Assembly (NCBI GenBank): GCA_976226885.1
Contig: OZ320313.1
Span: forward strand, 142,476,001-142,540,000
Direction: 5' to 3'
Length of the DNA stretch: 64,000 nucleotides
Origin: Iphione sp. A-MEVVRFRX5
Lineage: Eukaryota
Made by a program: the position numbers and the translations under genes. Of this stretch, positions 50,928-64,000 are shown one piece after another. The notes beneath the pieces were generated by a model, which saw only the letters and a program-made list of their open reading frames with translations, was not told where the DNA came from and searched no databases. Each line of letters opens with the position of its first letter. Within the stretch, counting starts at the first letter, position 1.

Positions 50928-51671
50928 GCTCGTCATGCCCTGGCCCGCTGCTTCTGTCTCGTCTACGGCAAAGTGTACGGGAACTACTTGGCGGCGGCCT
51001 TCCTCTTCTGTAAGATTCTCTACGTCATTAATGTCGTCATGCAGCTCTATATGCTCGACCTCTTCTTCAACACTCCGCTGCCGTTCGGCCTGGACGTGGT
51101 GATGCGTTTTTTCCAGGACAAAGATCCCAATCTCTATAGCGACGACGAGAAGTTCTACTGGATGATGTCGGAACGTTTCCCGAGGGTCACGCTTTGTGAC
51201 TTCCAGATTCGCCACATGACGCAGCTCCACCGCTACATCGTGCAGTGCGTGCTCTCGGTAAACCTCTTCAACGAGAAGATCTTCCTCTTCGTCTGGTTCT
51301 GGTTCGTCTTCATCGCCATCATCACCATCGTGGGCCTCTTCAAGTGGGGCTGGAACCTGCTCTGCTGGCAGGGCCAGGTGAACTACATCAAGCGCCAGCT
51401 ACGCGGCATGGGTCTGATCGGCTCCAGCAGCAACAAGCGCGACAACGAGGCCGTCAACAAGTTCGCCAAGGACTTCCTGCGACGCGACGGCATCTTTCTT
51501 GTCCGGCTCATCAGTAACAACGTCGGTTACATCGTATCAGCCGAGGTTCTCGAAGGACTGTGGGACAGTTTCTCTCCAGACGGCCGCCTGGGCGACACCC
51601 CACCACACAAGCCGAAGATCCCGTCGGCTGTGCCGCTCAACAGTCTGGCCGAGCGACTCGAGAATGTCTAG
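50928..51671 (+). CDS. inx: Innexin, coding exon 2 (aa 180-426 plus stop)
   Basis: A pyrimidine tract and CCCAG| acceptor end at 50927, in frame with exon 1 (ARHALARCF...). The exon has TM3 (GNYLAAAFLFCKILY), FPRVTLCDF, QCVLSVNLFNEKIFLF, TM4, the FLRRDGIFLVRLISNNVG motif and TAG at 51669-51671. Confidence 0.97.
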   Translation, partial: ARHALARCFCLVYGKVYGNYLAAAFLFCKILYVINVVMQLYMLDLFFNTPLPFGLDVVMRFFQDKDPNLYSDDEKFYWMMSERFPRVTLCDFQIRHMTQLHRYIVQCVLSVNLFNEKIFLFVWFWFVFIAIITIVGLFKWGWNLLCWQGQVNYIKRQLRGMGLIGSSSNKRDNEAVNKFAKDFLRRDGIFLVRLISNNVGYIVSAEVLEGLWDSFSPDGRLGDTPPHKPKIPSAVPLNSLAERLENV

Positions 51672-53406
51672 TCCAGTCCAAGAGCAAAACAGCAGAGTTC
51701 ATACATTCTGCTGTCCACAGTGCTGCCTTCTGATTGATCAGGTCAGTCTCACTCCATCAATGGCAAAATTATTTAATTCCTGGAAATTCATTACATTAGG
51801 ATTGTGGCTCTGATTAATAGGCATCGATATAGAAATTGGCACCAAACGTGTACACCACACCCAAACCCTTGTTCCAGTTAGATTTGCCTTCCGAACGTGC
51901 CTTTTCTCCCTTTGGGTGTAGATGATGGCACACAAATTCCCAATGTTATTCAATTCCAGGACTAAATTACGTCTATTCTTGAAAGTGTATGTATCCTTAT
52001 GTGGTGCTCTCAATAGGAAAAGCTTTATAGGTTGATGGCTGTTTAGAAAATTCATACGTTTAGTCCCTGAGGGCTTGCAATTTCTGCAGGAGCTAGCAGT
52101 AAAGATACACTAGTTACCTTTTCATCTGCAGGGTAAAAATGATTTAGGTATTAATATGTTAATGTGTCAATGCTAAATACAAAGATCAAGTCAATAACAC
52201 TTTCAAGAAACTGATGCTAATTGTGGAAGCTGCATAAACTTGTAGTCTTAGATATTAAAACCATTTGTCTTTTTCTGTGAAAACCATTAGTATAAAAAAA
52301 ATCCTATAAATATAAATACATTTACTTCTATTGATACGTATATGTGTTAACCTTTGTCATAAGATAAACATGTGTGAAAAAGTGTTCGAAACAGTTCTGT
52401 TGTGGTTCAAGCCATGACGCTAAGGACCTTATTCAACACAGATACAGTTTTGCGAACCATTATTTATATCTTCTTTGTAATAATTGATTACTTTGAATTA
52501 CTGCTATTATCAACACAGGCAATATTTCCTTGCAGCTGGGGCATGAATGGACGTAAACATATTCAGGATGGTGCTTTTATATTCCATTGCCTTGCCACAC
52601 AGGACATCGATTCGACCTATACACTAACAAGAAAACGGAAAAATATGGTGCACTGGTTTTTCCAAGTCTAGAATTAACTTTATTGCCTTAACGGTATGCC
52701 TTCAGGAATGGCTGTGGAGCTTTGAGTCTAACATTCGTAAGTATAACGGATTTGAACGTCTAAAGCAATGGGTGGTGTTATTCGACTTTCTGTCCAATAT
52801 GTATACTCACTATGTCACAATATACATATTGTGACTGTGGCAAAAATTGTATACTTAAGTTACCCGGGCAGTGCAGTTGCAAAGAATTGTAAATATATCA
52901 GTAGGAATTAGGAGATATATATCACGTATTAGATCAAATATTTCTAGTCATGTTAAGCAATTGAACATTAAAATGGAGAGCAACCGTTTATCTGTACACC
53001 ATACATGCCAAATACATCTGATGGGTAACAGAGATTACGGACATTTGTATTTGAAATACTGGATTAACCGGCGACAGATGTACTGTCATGTGAGTGTATA
53101 TTGTCATTGCTTAGAATCTAACGGGAAGTTATTCCTAGAAAAATTTGCTCTTCCAGAACGAAATGATTGTCAAAAAATTTTGCATCAGGTACACAGTAAA
53201 ATCTAGAAACCTAAGGGCACCCTTGATTCCCAGTGGAAGTGTACCCATTTCAGTACCCAGTTGTAAGAGACATATATATACATACACGCTCACTAAAGAA
53301 AAGGTTTGGTTCCAACTATATCTGCCTCATTTAAAGAGATTGCCCGTGTTCTGAGATGGTCCAACAACGAGGTTCTACTTTTACATCAGGATAGGGATGG
53401 CATCGA

Positions 53407-53442
<36 letters not shown>
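53407..53442. repeat. (CT)n microsatellite
   Basis: Direct observation. Confidence 0.95.
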
Positions 53443-56038
53443 GAAATTCTACCTAAACATGTGTTCAAATGTAATAAATATATCCGTCGAGTACTTCTGC
53501 GTGCCCATCAATCCGACCGAAGATCCCACTCCACGTTTGTTCCAGCCTAATACAGTGCCCTCATGATGACGAGATCTCATTTGTTCTTAAACGTGTCGAC
53601 GCAATAGCACGAAGGTCAGATTAACCTCTTTGCTGAAACTAAATAGCAGCAGACAGTCTCTAATTGAAGTACTCGTCCTCTTTATATGACATACCAAGAG
53701 GATGTCGGTCTAGTATGTTACACTGAACTCTCTCAATCCACTTGAAGATTTGCTCGGAAGAAGTCGGGTGTAATCGAACCTCATGCTTCTTTCCGATGTA
53801 TATTTAGTCTGCTCACTTGAATTAGATGTCATTCTTTAGAGTAGGATGAATAAATTCCACGTGATATATGCATGCACAACCGACTAATTAGGTGTATGTA
53901 TTTGAAATGGTGGATATCATAGAATGAATGAAACATTATAAGCATTTCGCTAGGGTAGACCAAGTTGGTTGTTTCGCACTCCCACAGGCGTGGTTTGAGG
54001 AATTTCGTGAAGTAACGGATGGAGGAGTCGTATTCCCATAATATTTGGTTCCGACTCGCCATAATGTTGGGTGTCTCTAGGGTCTAATAGTTTGCAACTA
54101 AGCTAGAAAATGTGATGGCACATATGAACCCAACCGTTATATCTATGGATGTGGGGGAAACCACTGGATTGATCATTTTTGTCTGCTATGTCCACAATGC
54201 AGAGGTAAATGGTCCTCAACGATAACTTCTATCTGACTGAATTAACCGATAATAGCAAAATAGCAATCGATGATGAATATGGCGGTTGGCCTTTCTTCGA
54301 ATCATCTGGAGTAAATGATATATGGCTAATGACTAGTTATCAGGCAACGAAGGAACCTTCTGCTCAATAATAAAGTCGAAAGATGCAAGTTCCTAGCTGT
54401 ACTCCCTGCGTTTAACGCTATAAAGATGTATATCAATCTCTAATGCGTATCATTTTTTATACCCCTATATATTTAGCTTCAGAACTTGATAACAGCATTA
54501 TGCAAATGTATTACTATAAACATTATAGACATGTGTATGATTGACTTTCCGAGGAAAAATGTACCGAAAAATAAGATTATGGTGATTATGTTCTAAAGGC
54601 TTAGATACGAATAGGGACGGGTTAGACTTGAAAATTGTTTTTTCAATTTCTAAATACTTGTCGCCATCACGAGTTAGAATATACGGTTTGAAACAGTTTC
54701 CTTATCTTCCTTATAGCCTTAGATCTTAGCTACAATCAAATATTTTATCACTAAATTTAAAATGGATCTATATATCATCATTCAGTTTCCTGTCCTTGCA
54801 CATTATAAGTGTATTATACGGTGGATCCACGTGCAAGAGATGTAGACGTTTGTAAGGCTGTGGTCATGGTATGCCAAAGTATGATCAAGCAACAGTGCTA
54901 ATACATCTGCATGTATCAAAAAGTGCCTGGAAAAAAATTTATATGGATATATACATACCACTAACTTTCACTCTACTGCAAATGTTATGTAGCTTAGAAT
55001 AACGAACAAGTGTATATGTTAGATGGGAAAGGATAGATGTACCCATGTAAATTATACATATAAATGTTGCGTTCTTTCAATAGGCATATATGCTGTAGAT
55101 GAATTCTAGAAACCAGTATCTGGTGAGTTTGCATATACATGTACGGCTATCATATATCTGATCAAAGTCAAAATTATTACCCTGAAGATACAGTTCAAGA
55201 TACCATCGAAGGCTATGACTCTCTTTATGCTGTGGTATTGCCATCCCGACCTGAGTTGATAGAGCCCTTCGTGTACTTGAGTTAGTTTGTCATTATATCC
55301 TGACAGACTTGAATGTAATGGTTTTGTACATGGTTTATATATTTTACAGACGCAATCGATCGTTCTATGAACAATAAAGGAACAAAAAACAAGGTTTGTG
55401 AGAAGCCTTTGTGGTCGTTAAAGTTTTGTTTGTACCCCTGCTAGATGTGAGTAAATTTTTCTTTTCGATTTCCCACCTCCAGGCGAATCACAGAGAGGCC
55501 TCTCTGTGGACGGCTGTAAACACATGTACATGTACATGTATGTCTATAAGGGCACGCAGGATGTCTGACAGAGGCACACAAACGCTTCACCATGGAGCGT
55601 CACTGTGCTCGTGCCGATACTGGTCTGTTCGGGAAATTTCAACACAAAGAATAAATCATTCTATCATACGAAGTTTGTACGGTCTGTTTGTGGCTCAGAC
55701 CGAGTACGATGACAGTTATTAAGGCAATATGCGTGCGTTTTGGCTTCGGTCGTCACGGCGACCTCAAACCGTCTGAACCAGGGTCAGGCCAATTACCACA
55801 GTACTGGACGTGTCGCCAGCCCCTGTATTCCCCCTCCTCGAGCTTTCCGTTTCTTTTTCGTCGAAAATGGGTAGTCATTCTGTCATTGCCTTGCCTCCGA
55901 CACTCCTACCTCTTTCTCACTCTGGCGAATTAAATTTGGAAGCGCATTTGTATGGTTGTATAGTCATGCATCCCTCACTGCCATGTCCACCTTTCCCTGC
56001 CTCCGTCTCCCATACGCACACTCTCTCTCCTTTCCCTC

Positions 56039-56042
<4 letters not shown>

Positions 56043-56087
<45 letters not shown>

Positions 56088-56181
56088 AATCATGTTTCAG
56101 TATGTCTGTCTTCGCTTTTGAATGTCCTTCTATCTGTCTTTTTTGCTGTTGTTCCTGGGGGCCCATTTGGGTGTTGTCTGG

Positions 56182-56222
<41 letters not shown>
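56043..56222. repeat. Two (CT)n microsatellites (56043-56077 followed by (GT)n; 56185-56222) in a long pyrimidine-rich tract
   Basis: Direct observation. Confidence 0.95.
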
Positions 56223-56225
<3 letters not shown>

Positions 56226-57123
56226 ATTCCCTCTTCTCATCTCTACCTTCTCTCTATTTTCTTAGCGTCATTCTCCTTCTTTCCCTATTTTCTACTGAAC
56301 GCCTTCCTCCTCCTCTTCCTGTGTTTCTTCTCCTTCGTTTGTTTTATTGATTTGTAAACTTTATTTATATATACAGCTCACTGGCTCTCATCTCGCTTTC
56401 TCTGGACCAATATTTCCCTTTACCATGTACATATCGCGGCCATTGTCTGAAACTACCGCCGCCTCGGCCACAGACCTGTATTCCGGCATATAGTCGGATG
56501 ACCGAAAAATGGGTGAAAATCATTACTCGTTATGCTTTGCCAGATTGTTCGGGGTAATCGTTTGTGTGTGTGTGATAAAAGGGATATGACCATGCGATGA
56601 GGGGCACAGATGACCTGTGCTCTGTCCGGCGTCGGCTTCTGAAAAATCATAACTACTCGAGTTCAATTAGGCGTATCAAGTGTTAAGGGCTATTAAGAGA
56701 ATGACCCAGTTGTGATGAAATTCAGGACATCGATATTTCTCATGTGAGCGCCTTTGGGAAGGGGATCTGTCCAGCAACTAGAATGACATTAATTACTTCT
56801 AAGGCGTGTTAGACTTTACGTCCGACCAACAAATAATGAGAATGAACATTTCGATCAACTCACCCTCAAGAAACAATTTAATCACCACACTACAAAAACA
56901 AACCAAATCCTAACACTCCCATTTACTGCTTCAGCTATTTCTGGGAAAAATAAAATTGTCACATAAACTATATGTACTAGTCGCCTGAAACAATAAGTGC
57001 TATGTCAACTCGCATTTGGGGGCAAATAGAGTTTAGAGTGACAGGTCATATAGGGACCCAATTGAGGTCTTTTTTCTTTCGGATAATAGTCGTAATTTAT
57101 GGATGGTACAGAACCCCTCCCCT

Positions 57124-57126
<3 letters not shown>

Positions 57127-57160
<34 letters not shown>
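57127..57160. repeat. (CT)n microsatellite
   Basis: Direct observation. Confidence 0.95.
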
Positions 57161-57163
<3 letters not shown>

Positions 57164-58449
57164 CTAACTCTCTCGTAGCGACTCGCGCTGTCTCTCTTTC
57201 GCTCTGTCTCTGTCTTTCTCTCTCTGTCCATATGCAGTAGTTAATGTCTCTCTTTAGTCAGACAACCTGATCATATTAATCCTGTGGCGATAAGACTTGC
57301 GTAAACGAAATGACAACACCTCATATATTTGTAGTTGGCATCGGAGAAGAAGCGAGTTTCTACTTCAGTTAAAGTGTTAAGCGTCACCGTCTCCGAGATA
57401 TAGGCCTATATGTACGTATTGCAGATCGACGTTATACAGATACATGTATCGGGGAGAGGCACTTTAGCGAACTTTCCACAAAAAAATTACAAGTAGGAAT
57501 AGGAGATACTTCATATAGCTAGGAAGAGAATGGAAAGTGCACGCTAAGACAGAGGGTATGAATCAGCAATGTAAGCCACACAAAAACAGACTTGGGGAAT
57601 TCCCGACTCAATAGAGCTGACAGCTGTACGCTCTATTAAAGGCCAGTTCAATTAAAGACATGATCTTTCTCAATTGCCATTTTCGTAAGATCTTCATCTT
57701 TGATCTCCATTCATACTGTATTTGAAAAAAATATTTTGTAAAGAATGTGTGGTGAGCTGAATCATGTCAATTTTCAGATTTTTTATGGCTGATCAGAAAA
57801 TACTATAACCTTCCTGCCAAATCTGTATGAATTCTGGTAATAGAGGCCGCAAAACTTTATGATTGGAGCAGTTCGCTATTGTACAAGATACAAAGTAGGT
57901 ACACGTATAACAGGAGAGAGAAATTCCCGAGCTTCAATTTGGTGCATAGTGTGTTGTCGCAGCTTGATTAATAGAAGCATCACTGAATCATTGTTAACAT
58001 GTATAGACAACCTCTGTCGGGCTATAGATCTCCGTATCTTCCTTCAATATCCGCACACCTTTCCTAAAATTCTAATCCCTTGAATCATATTCCCATTCCG
58101 TTGGTTACTGCGTTACTTCTTGATGTGTGTGATGTTAGGATAACATCATACCCTACAAAACACTGAAATTCGCTGTAAATTGTCTCGTGTATGACGCTTC
58201 TATCGAAATTTCATATGGGGTGTCCTTTTTCGTGTTTTGATTGTACGATTTGCTGCAGGATTCTATCCATTGTGGTTATTAAATATCTGCAGGCAGACTT
58301 CAGATCAGACATCATCGAGTTTCTCCACATGCAGTTGTGAATGCAGAAAAGATTCTGATGAGTAGGGTAGAGAGATGCGGCTAGGTAGACACTATCACCT
58401 GATAGATGTGATTTTTTTCTAATTTATATATGTAATTTGCATTAAAAAA

Positions 58450-58740
58450 AGCACAATTCCCACTGATGTGCTTCCATTTCTATGAAAAACTGCACAACTT
58501 CCACCAATCTGCTTTTCATTTCCATGAAAAACCGCACAATCTCCACCAATATGCTTCCATTTTCATTTTTGAAAAACTGCACAATTTCCACTGATATGCT
58601 TCTATTTCCACAAAGAAAACTGCACAATTTCCACTGATATGCTTCGAGCTCCAAAAAAAACTGTACGATTTCCACCGATATACTTCTATTTCTATGAAAA
58701 AACATACAATGTCCACAGGTATACATCCATTTCCACAAAA
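58450..58740. repeat. Minisatellite, ~41-bp unit (GCACAATTTCCACTGATATGCTTCTATTTCTATGAAAAACT), about 7 copies
   Basis: Directly visible tandem units starting GCACAAT. Confidence 0.9.
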
Positions 58741-61700
58741 TTCTGTTCTATTCTATTCTGTTCCAACCATTCCAGACCCTTCCCAACCTGTACACACGAA
58801 TAGGCGCCTGGACCCTCTTGTGGATTTTGATCCGCATGCATGGAAAGGGCCACTTATGGCTACAGAAACTTCTGGGGTTTCATAGGGTTTGCATTGTAGT
58901 AATACGTAACGAGAGATTACCATCTATTATCAATGTCATACATGAATGTGTATTTGCATCATCGATTTTAAACGATCGTTTGTATGAAATTCAACATGAA
59001 CGCTTTAGGTAACATCAGTGCTCAATTACGAAAACGTTTTTACTTCGGAGAGCAAGTTGTTCTGAGGAACAAACAATTGTTTATCGTTTCAAAAATGTAC
59101 ATACTTATGTAGCGTTAAGTACCTAAATTTAGGTATATATCTCAAAAGAATATCCCGTCTTGTCCGTATTAATGAAGTTTCATCCGACACAAAAAGTTCT
59201 TGCTTGCAATAATAATGCTTCAAATTATTTGAACGTTCCTGCAATCGCCGAAGAAAACGAAACTAAAGAAAGATGTTACATTCCTATTTGCATAAATGGT
59301 AATAAGTTATAATGGAAAACATCGGGCAATCTCGTCGTTTTAGCTTATTATCACGAAAAAATAATCTTTTGGACGTATAATCTTGCAAGCATGCAATTTG
59401 TAATAGTTTCAGCCTGGGCAAGGACTGGGTGGGAATTTGCTGTACAAGTCATTTACTTCGCTCTTTTTAGATGTTTGAATCTGTGAATGATAACCTTATC
59501 TGAGCGAACCACAAAAAAGTGTACCTTTTGTATACATGTATAGTAATACGCTTTGTCAGTTTGTTTTACCATAAGGTGCTTGCGTATGTCATATGGACGT
59601 AAGCAATAGGACATACGACCTTAGTGGACGATATTCACACGTCAAGATGACTTGGAATATGCCGATAGGATATTCATTACAGTTTGGTTTTATAGTTCTA
59701 ATAAACGTTCTGTTATTTGTGTTAGCAATTCGAATATAACTTCCACTCCATATGTGATGACAAATTTGTGGATTATCATGCATTGTCCTGTACCTAGATG
59801 TACACAATTTGAGGACAGATTTACACAGAGATATCAGTGTTATAAGATGCACTTTGGAATCGTGGATTGTCAATGCATAATTGATGTATCGCTGTGTTGG
59901 AGAATGATCAGCTTCTATTTTCTTTTATTACTGACAACACTGAACAGAATGTTAGCTAGAAACTACTGAAGGGCACTAGTAACTAAGACATATACAAGGG
60001 TTTTTGTGGGTCCAACAATCAAAGAGATGTACAATACAAACAATTCCAGGCCTCACAGCAATAGGGCAGAGCTAGACTTTCAATATTTCACAGTAACAGT
60101 TATGATCATCACCTAATAATGCGCGAATTGTGTAAATGGCTTCGGGTTTTGCGTCAAATTCAATGTGATAGATGATTCGACCCCGGTAACGGATGAATGA
60201 AATGTGAGGGAACATACGTTGCTAAATGCATAGTGCAGGATGCCACTGGATGCATGACAATATCTGCTTTAGAGAGGAGGCGTGGGACAGTCGGGAAGCA
60301 TTTAGTCCACATAGGAAAAACCAACACGGCGTATTGACCACAAATTGGCGCAGAATTACTGTTTAGTGCAATCACCACATGCGGGCGACCGATGCGCGGT
60401 AGCCGCCAGGCGGCACTAAAATACATTGGTCTGAGAGGGTCATAAGGTACCTCCTGTCTATAACCAGCATCTATGCGCTTGAGGATATAAAATATTTTAA
60501 ATTTCACCGTCCAGTTGGATCTGATGAGGGTGCTGGTGGTTAATGCGCTTGAAAAGAAGGGAAACCAGCTGCCCTTATAATGTATTAGGACTTAGAATTG
60601 ATATCAATGCACGCATGATATCATGAGAATTGCGATGTGCTTTCATTGTGTTTTCTGGGGAACTGTGCTAAACAAGACATGTACATAGTACATGGTACAC
60701 AGTACACGTACACAAGGAGACACTTCTGGTGATGAGCATTGTCCCCCAAAAGACATGCCACTCCTGGGAAAACGTGCATACATGGACATTAAGCCTTGTG
60801 GTCGTGAAAACATACTACACGTTACACATATGCATGAATATTATGGCTAACACACTGGTCACTCAATAGACCATGCTTGCTTGCATGAACATGGAAGCCT
60901 CCACGTCACTAACGCTTCTCGGAAGTGACACCTGGACGGTGCGTTCGCAGCATAGTTGCTGCTTGTTTCAACGGTTTGCCATCCACGTGAACAACAATTG
61001 ATCTCCAGACAAACGATTGCGTTTTATTTGGATGCGCGCTTCCCTTAGCAGTTAGGTCACTTGCGTAGGACTAGAGCAGTATACAGACTACATGCAGTTA
61101 TACATCGATAAACATTTTGAAAAAGGTCGATCAAATGTCCGCGATTTATAGCAAGCACGCTTAGGCTATCTGTAGATTAAGCCGTTTGCAGAGTGCCATA
61201 TTGTGAGAATACCGTGTAGAAAGTTTTACTTGAACACTTCAATTTGATTTATATATTTAATTTTATCAGGAAACATGACAAAACTATATACCATTTCAAA
61301 GTCCATGAACCATGACATATCTTCTAGAGGTGGAAGATAGGCCTTTGGCTGGTCTGGAAAGGCTTGATTGGCAGGCCAGTGAAATTCAATTTTAAATTTC
61401 TGTGCTATGTTCATCTTTGAAAATGTTCAGTTACCTGAGTAGTATATAACCATACAGGGAATTGGTCACTTGCATTAATTTCGTTTCGTTTTTCCGTATA
61501 TTGACAGAGATAATTAAGAAATATCGAGCAGAATGTTAATGATACCGATACCAAAATGTGAAAAAACATCAAAAGCAATCCCTTTTAAGTTATTCTTACC
61601 TCGTTACTATCGATTCATTGATCGTTTGGGTCTTTTCTTTGAAACATGCGCCAGATTGCACGGAAGTCTGCCTGTGGAAAATCAGCCATATTCATTGGGT

Positions 61701-63465
61701 CAGACGTGCAATTTCCCGTCAGTGGTTGACTGTCTCATCATGAGCATGCGCTGCCACGCTCGAATGACTCGCCACTTGAAGGGAATTTATGCCTCATTGA
61801 TCATCTGTGTTGACTTGTGTGCACAGCTGGCCAGTTTGTTGTAAACATCGAGTTACATACAGTGTTACAAACGTTCACGCTGAGAGGACTGAATGAGTTT
61901 TGTGGGTGATAGTGCTTTTGTCCCTCGGACTTAAAAACCCAAGGGCCTTTATCGGTATGTGGGATACTGTGGTTGGCTTGAATCTGAGAAATACATTACG
62001 TTAATGCATGCACATATAAACGTTTGTTAAACAGAGAAATTTACGTTTTGATTAAACTTGTAGACGTGAATGTAAAAATAGCAGCCAAACTGCAGTTTCA
62101 CAGTATTAGAGTGATTTCTTATGTACCATAATGGTACATTGTAAGACGTAACAATACGGTTTCAATCAATACTAAAAATGCTCATATCAGTGCTCAGATC
62201 ATACAAGATCCGTTTGTGTATTCAGTGTATGCTGGCCATAACGATACACAGATACACCACATGTGCCTCTTAGGAATTATGAGCAGCATTCAAAAGTTTG
62301 TATATAGCACCTGACTGCTTATAGAAGCTTAACTCTTATGTTTTAGAACTATACACTTTACACATCTAAACACCGTTGAATACAATGACTGTGTCACAAA
62401 AGCGACTAGGACCAGAGTTCCTGACGGGCAGAAGTTCTAGTGGAGAAAAGTCTGGTGGTAAAGGACCTGACAGGAGGCAAAAGCCTGGGCAGTTGTCTAT
62501 TCAAGAGCCAAAAGTCAAGGGAGCAAATGCTTGGGTGGCAAATGTCCTAGAACGACCTAGATTGTGTCCTTTGTCACACTTTATATGTGAATCGTTATTA
62601 AAAGGTAGGTCCGATAGGGATAATGGCTGCGATGTTGCAAGATGTCATGCCTGGCCAAAAATATGCCGTATTAATTGCATGGTTTGTCATCATCCCCATG
62701 CACTGAAAAAAATAATTTGTCTCGGAATTGTAGGTGGCTTGCCTATATGATATTTTTAGGGCTGTCAGGAGTGTTTGACATCTTAAATGTGTATGACAAT
62801 CGTATAGTCAAATTGACAATTCTATCTTGTCATAAATGTCATACGCTTGTCAAATCATACCTTAGGTCTTACTACAAAAGTTAGGTCTAAACCAAAAATA
62901 TCCGTGTTTCCAGTAACCCGACTGACCCTGTATTAGAACCAAATGTGAAGTATCTTTTTTTTCATGTGTTTTAATAGCTTCAGAAAGAATGATGATAGAG
63001 ACATGTTCTATGCCACAAATTGCTCCGTATGTTACTAGCTTTCATTAAGATAAATACAGTACAAGTTATATACACATTTCTTCCTGAATTTACATTTAAA
63101 AAAAAGAAAAGTAAAAAATATCACCTATCGACCAACCCTATCTATTTTCAGCGTGTTAACGGAAACACAGATTTTTTGGCCTTATTTTAAAGTGGAAGTG
63201 ATAGAACCTATACCAATATTATTGGATGGAAATCAATAAATATACAACTGTAAAATAGAGAGTATTGCAATAGACTGTCACCCCAAGACAAGCCATCTGG
63301 GACAGCAATTCCCTCAGGTAGACCACTTTCATCCTGAACCAAGTTCAGTAGATTTATTATATGATGGTCTCTGCCTGAGGCGACAGCTCACCCAGGAAAA
63401 CCATTTGCCCGATAAGACCAACATTTTAATAATGAAAGTCAGATATACTACTGCCCGGGGCAATC

Positions 63466-63625
63466 ACTGCTCCCAGAACACAACATTTGAAGGGTGTGGG
63501 TAGAGGTGTTAGCTCGAACACTGCTCCCTAACAGGGCATTTGAAGGGTTATTCATTGTCTAAGGTGGAGGTATGGGTGTCAGCAAGGCTACTGCTCTCTA
63601 AATAAAACATCTTTGAAAGGTATCC
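63466..63625. repeat. Diverged tandem repeat, 3 units (ACTGCTCCC...CATTTGAAGGGT)
   Basis: Unit starts at 63466, 63520 and 63590. Confidence 0.6.
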
Positions 63626-63943
63626 AGTTGGTATACTCATCAAATTCAGCAGTTTGGGGACATTTCTGACATTTACACATCAAATTGAGCACTTGTGGGA
63701 CTTAAATTCATCAACTTCAGGACTTTTGGGACTTCTACTCATGCAACTAGGAATGGTAATTGTTACTGCTTAACAACACCTGGGGCGACCATTTACTATA
63801 AGTAGAGTTACTAGACTTCTAAAAGTATTGCTGAGATCAGTACAACAAAGTAAAGTATGCCATTCAAATTTACCAATAGTGTAACCTGAATAACACTTTT
63901 GGAGCCACTTCTCTGAACTGAGTGAACATATTAATTCATTACA

Positions 63944-64000
63944 TACAGTGAAATCTCTCCACAATGGACACTGTTTGGACTGTACTAAAAGTGTCCATAG
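63944..64000 (+). mobile_element. Left end of a Tc1/mariner-type MITE (same family as 9130), cut by the window edge
   Basis: TACAGTGAAATCTCTCCACAATGGACACTGTTTGGACTG aligns with 9130-9183. Confidence 0.6.

Noticed and set aside
49360-51813. Overlapping alternative-frame and antisense ORFs over the innexin (e.g. 49563-49880 minus, 50814-51230 minus)
   Set aside because: Expected by-products of GC-rich codon usage; no recognisable domains.
55956-56357. Leu/Ser/Phe-rich ORFs resembling membrane proteins
   Set aside because: Translation of (CT)n microsatellites.
58442-58738. Repetitive minus-strand ORFs; also considered as a CRISPR-like array
   Set aside because: Contiguous diverged tandem units without unique spacers, in a eukaryotic context with no cas genes.
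1-64000. tRNA, rRNA, SINE or CRISPR loci
   Set aside because: No cloverleaf with A/B boxes, rRNA-conserved blocks or repeat-spacer arrays were found by eye.

Overview
AT-rich, repeat-laden genomic DNA from an invertebrate animal (a lophotrochozoan is an inference from the innexin style and transposon content). No prokaryotic operon, CRISPR array, rRNA or tRNA was found. The only confidently intact protein-coding gene is a two-coding-exon innexin on the + strand (join 49302..49838,50928..51671; 426 aa), with a probable non-coding upstream exon and promoter near 47.2-47.7 kb and a young perfect-TIR MITE in its intron. Most of the rest is layered transposon debris. This includes a decayed PIF/Harbinger element whose transposase intron holds an antisense BESS-motif exon and a MITE nested in a MITE; several non-LTR retrotransposon relics (Tx1/L1-like, two L2/CR1-type RT copies, an I/Nimb-like ORF1+APE); a cluster of DIRS/Ngaro-type gag and tyrosine-recombinase fragments; dispersed Tc1/mariner-type MITEs; and mini- and microsatellites. 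Several CpG-rich, promoter-like islands have no obvious gene, and one (17.3-18.1 kb) sits next to a candidate short spliced minus-strand ORF. All homology calls come from manual translation and recognition of family motifs; no database search was run.
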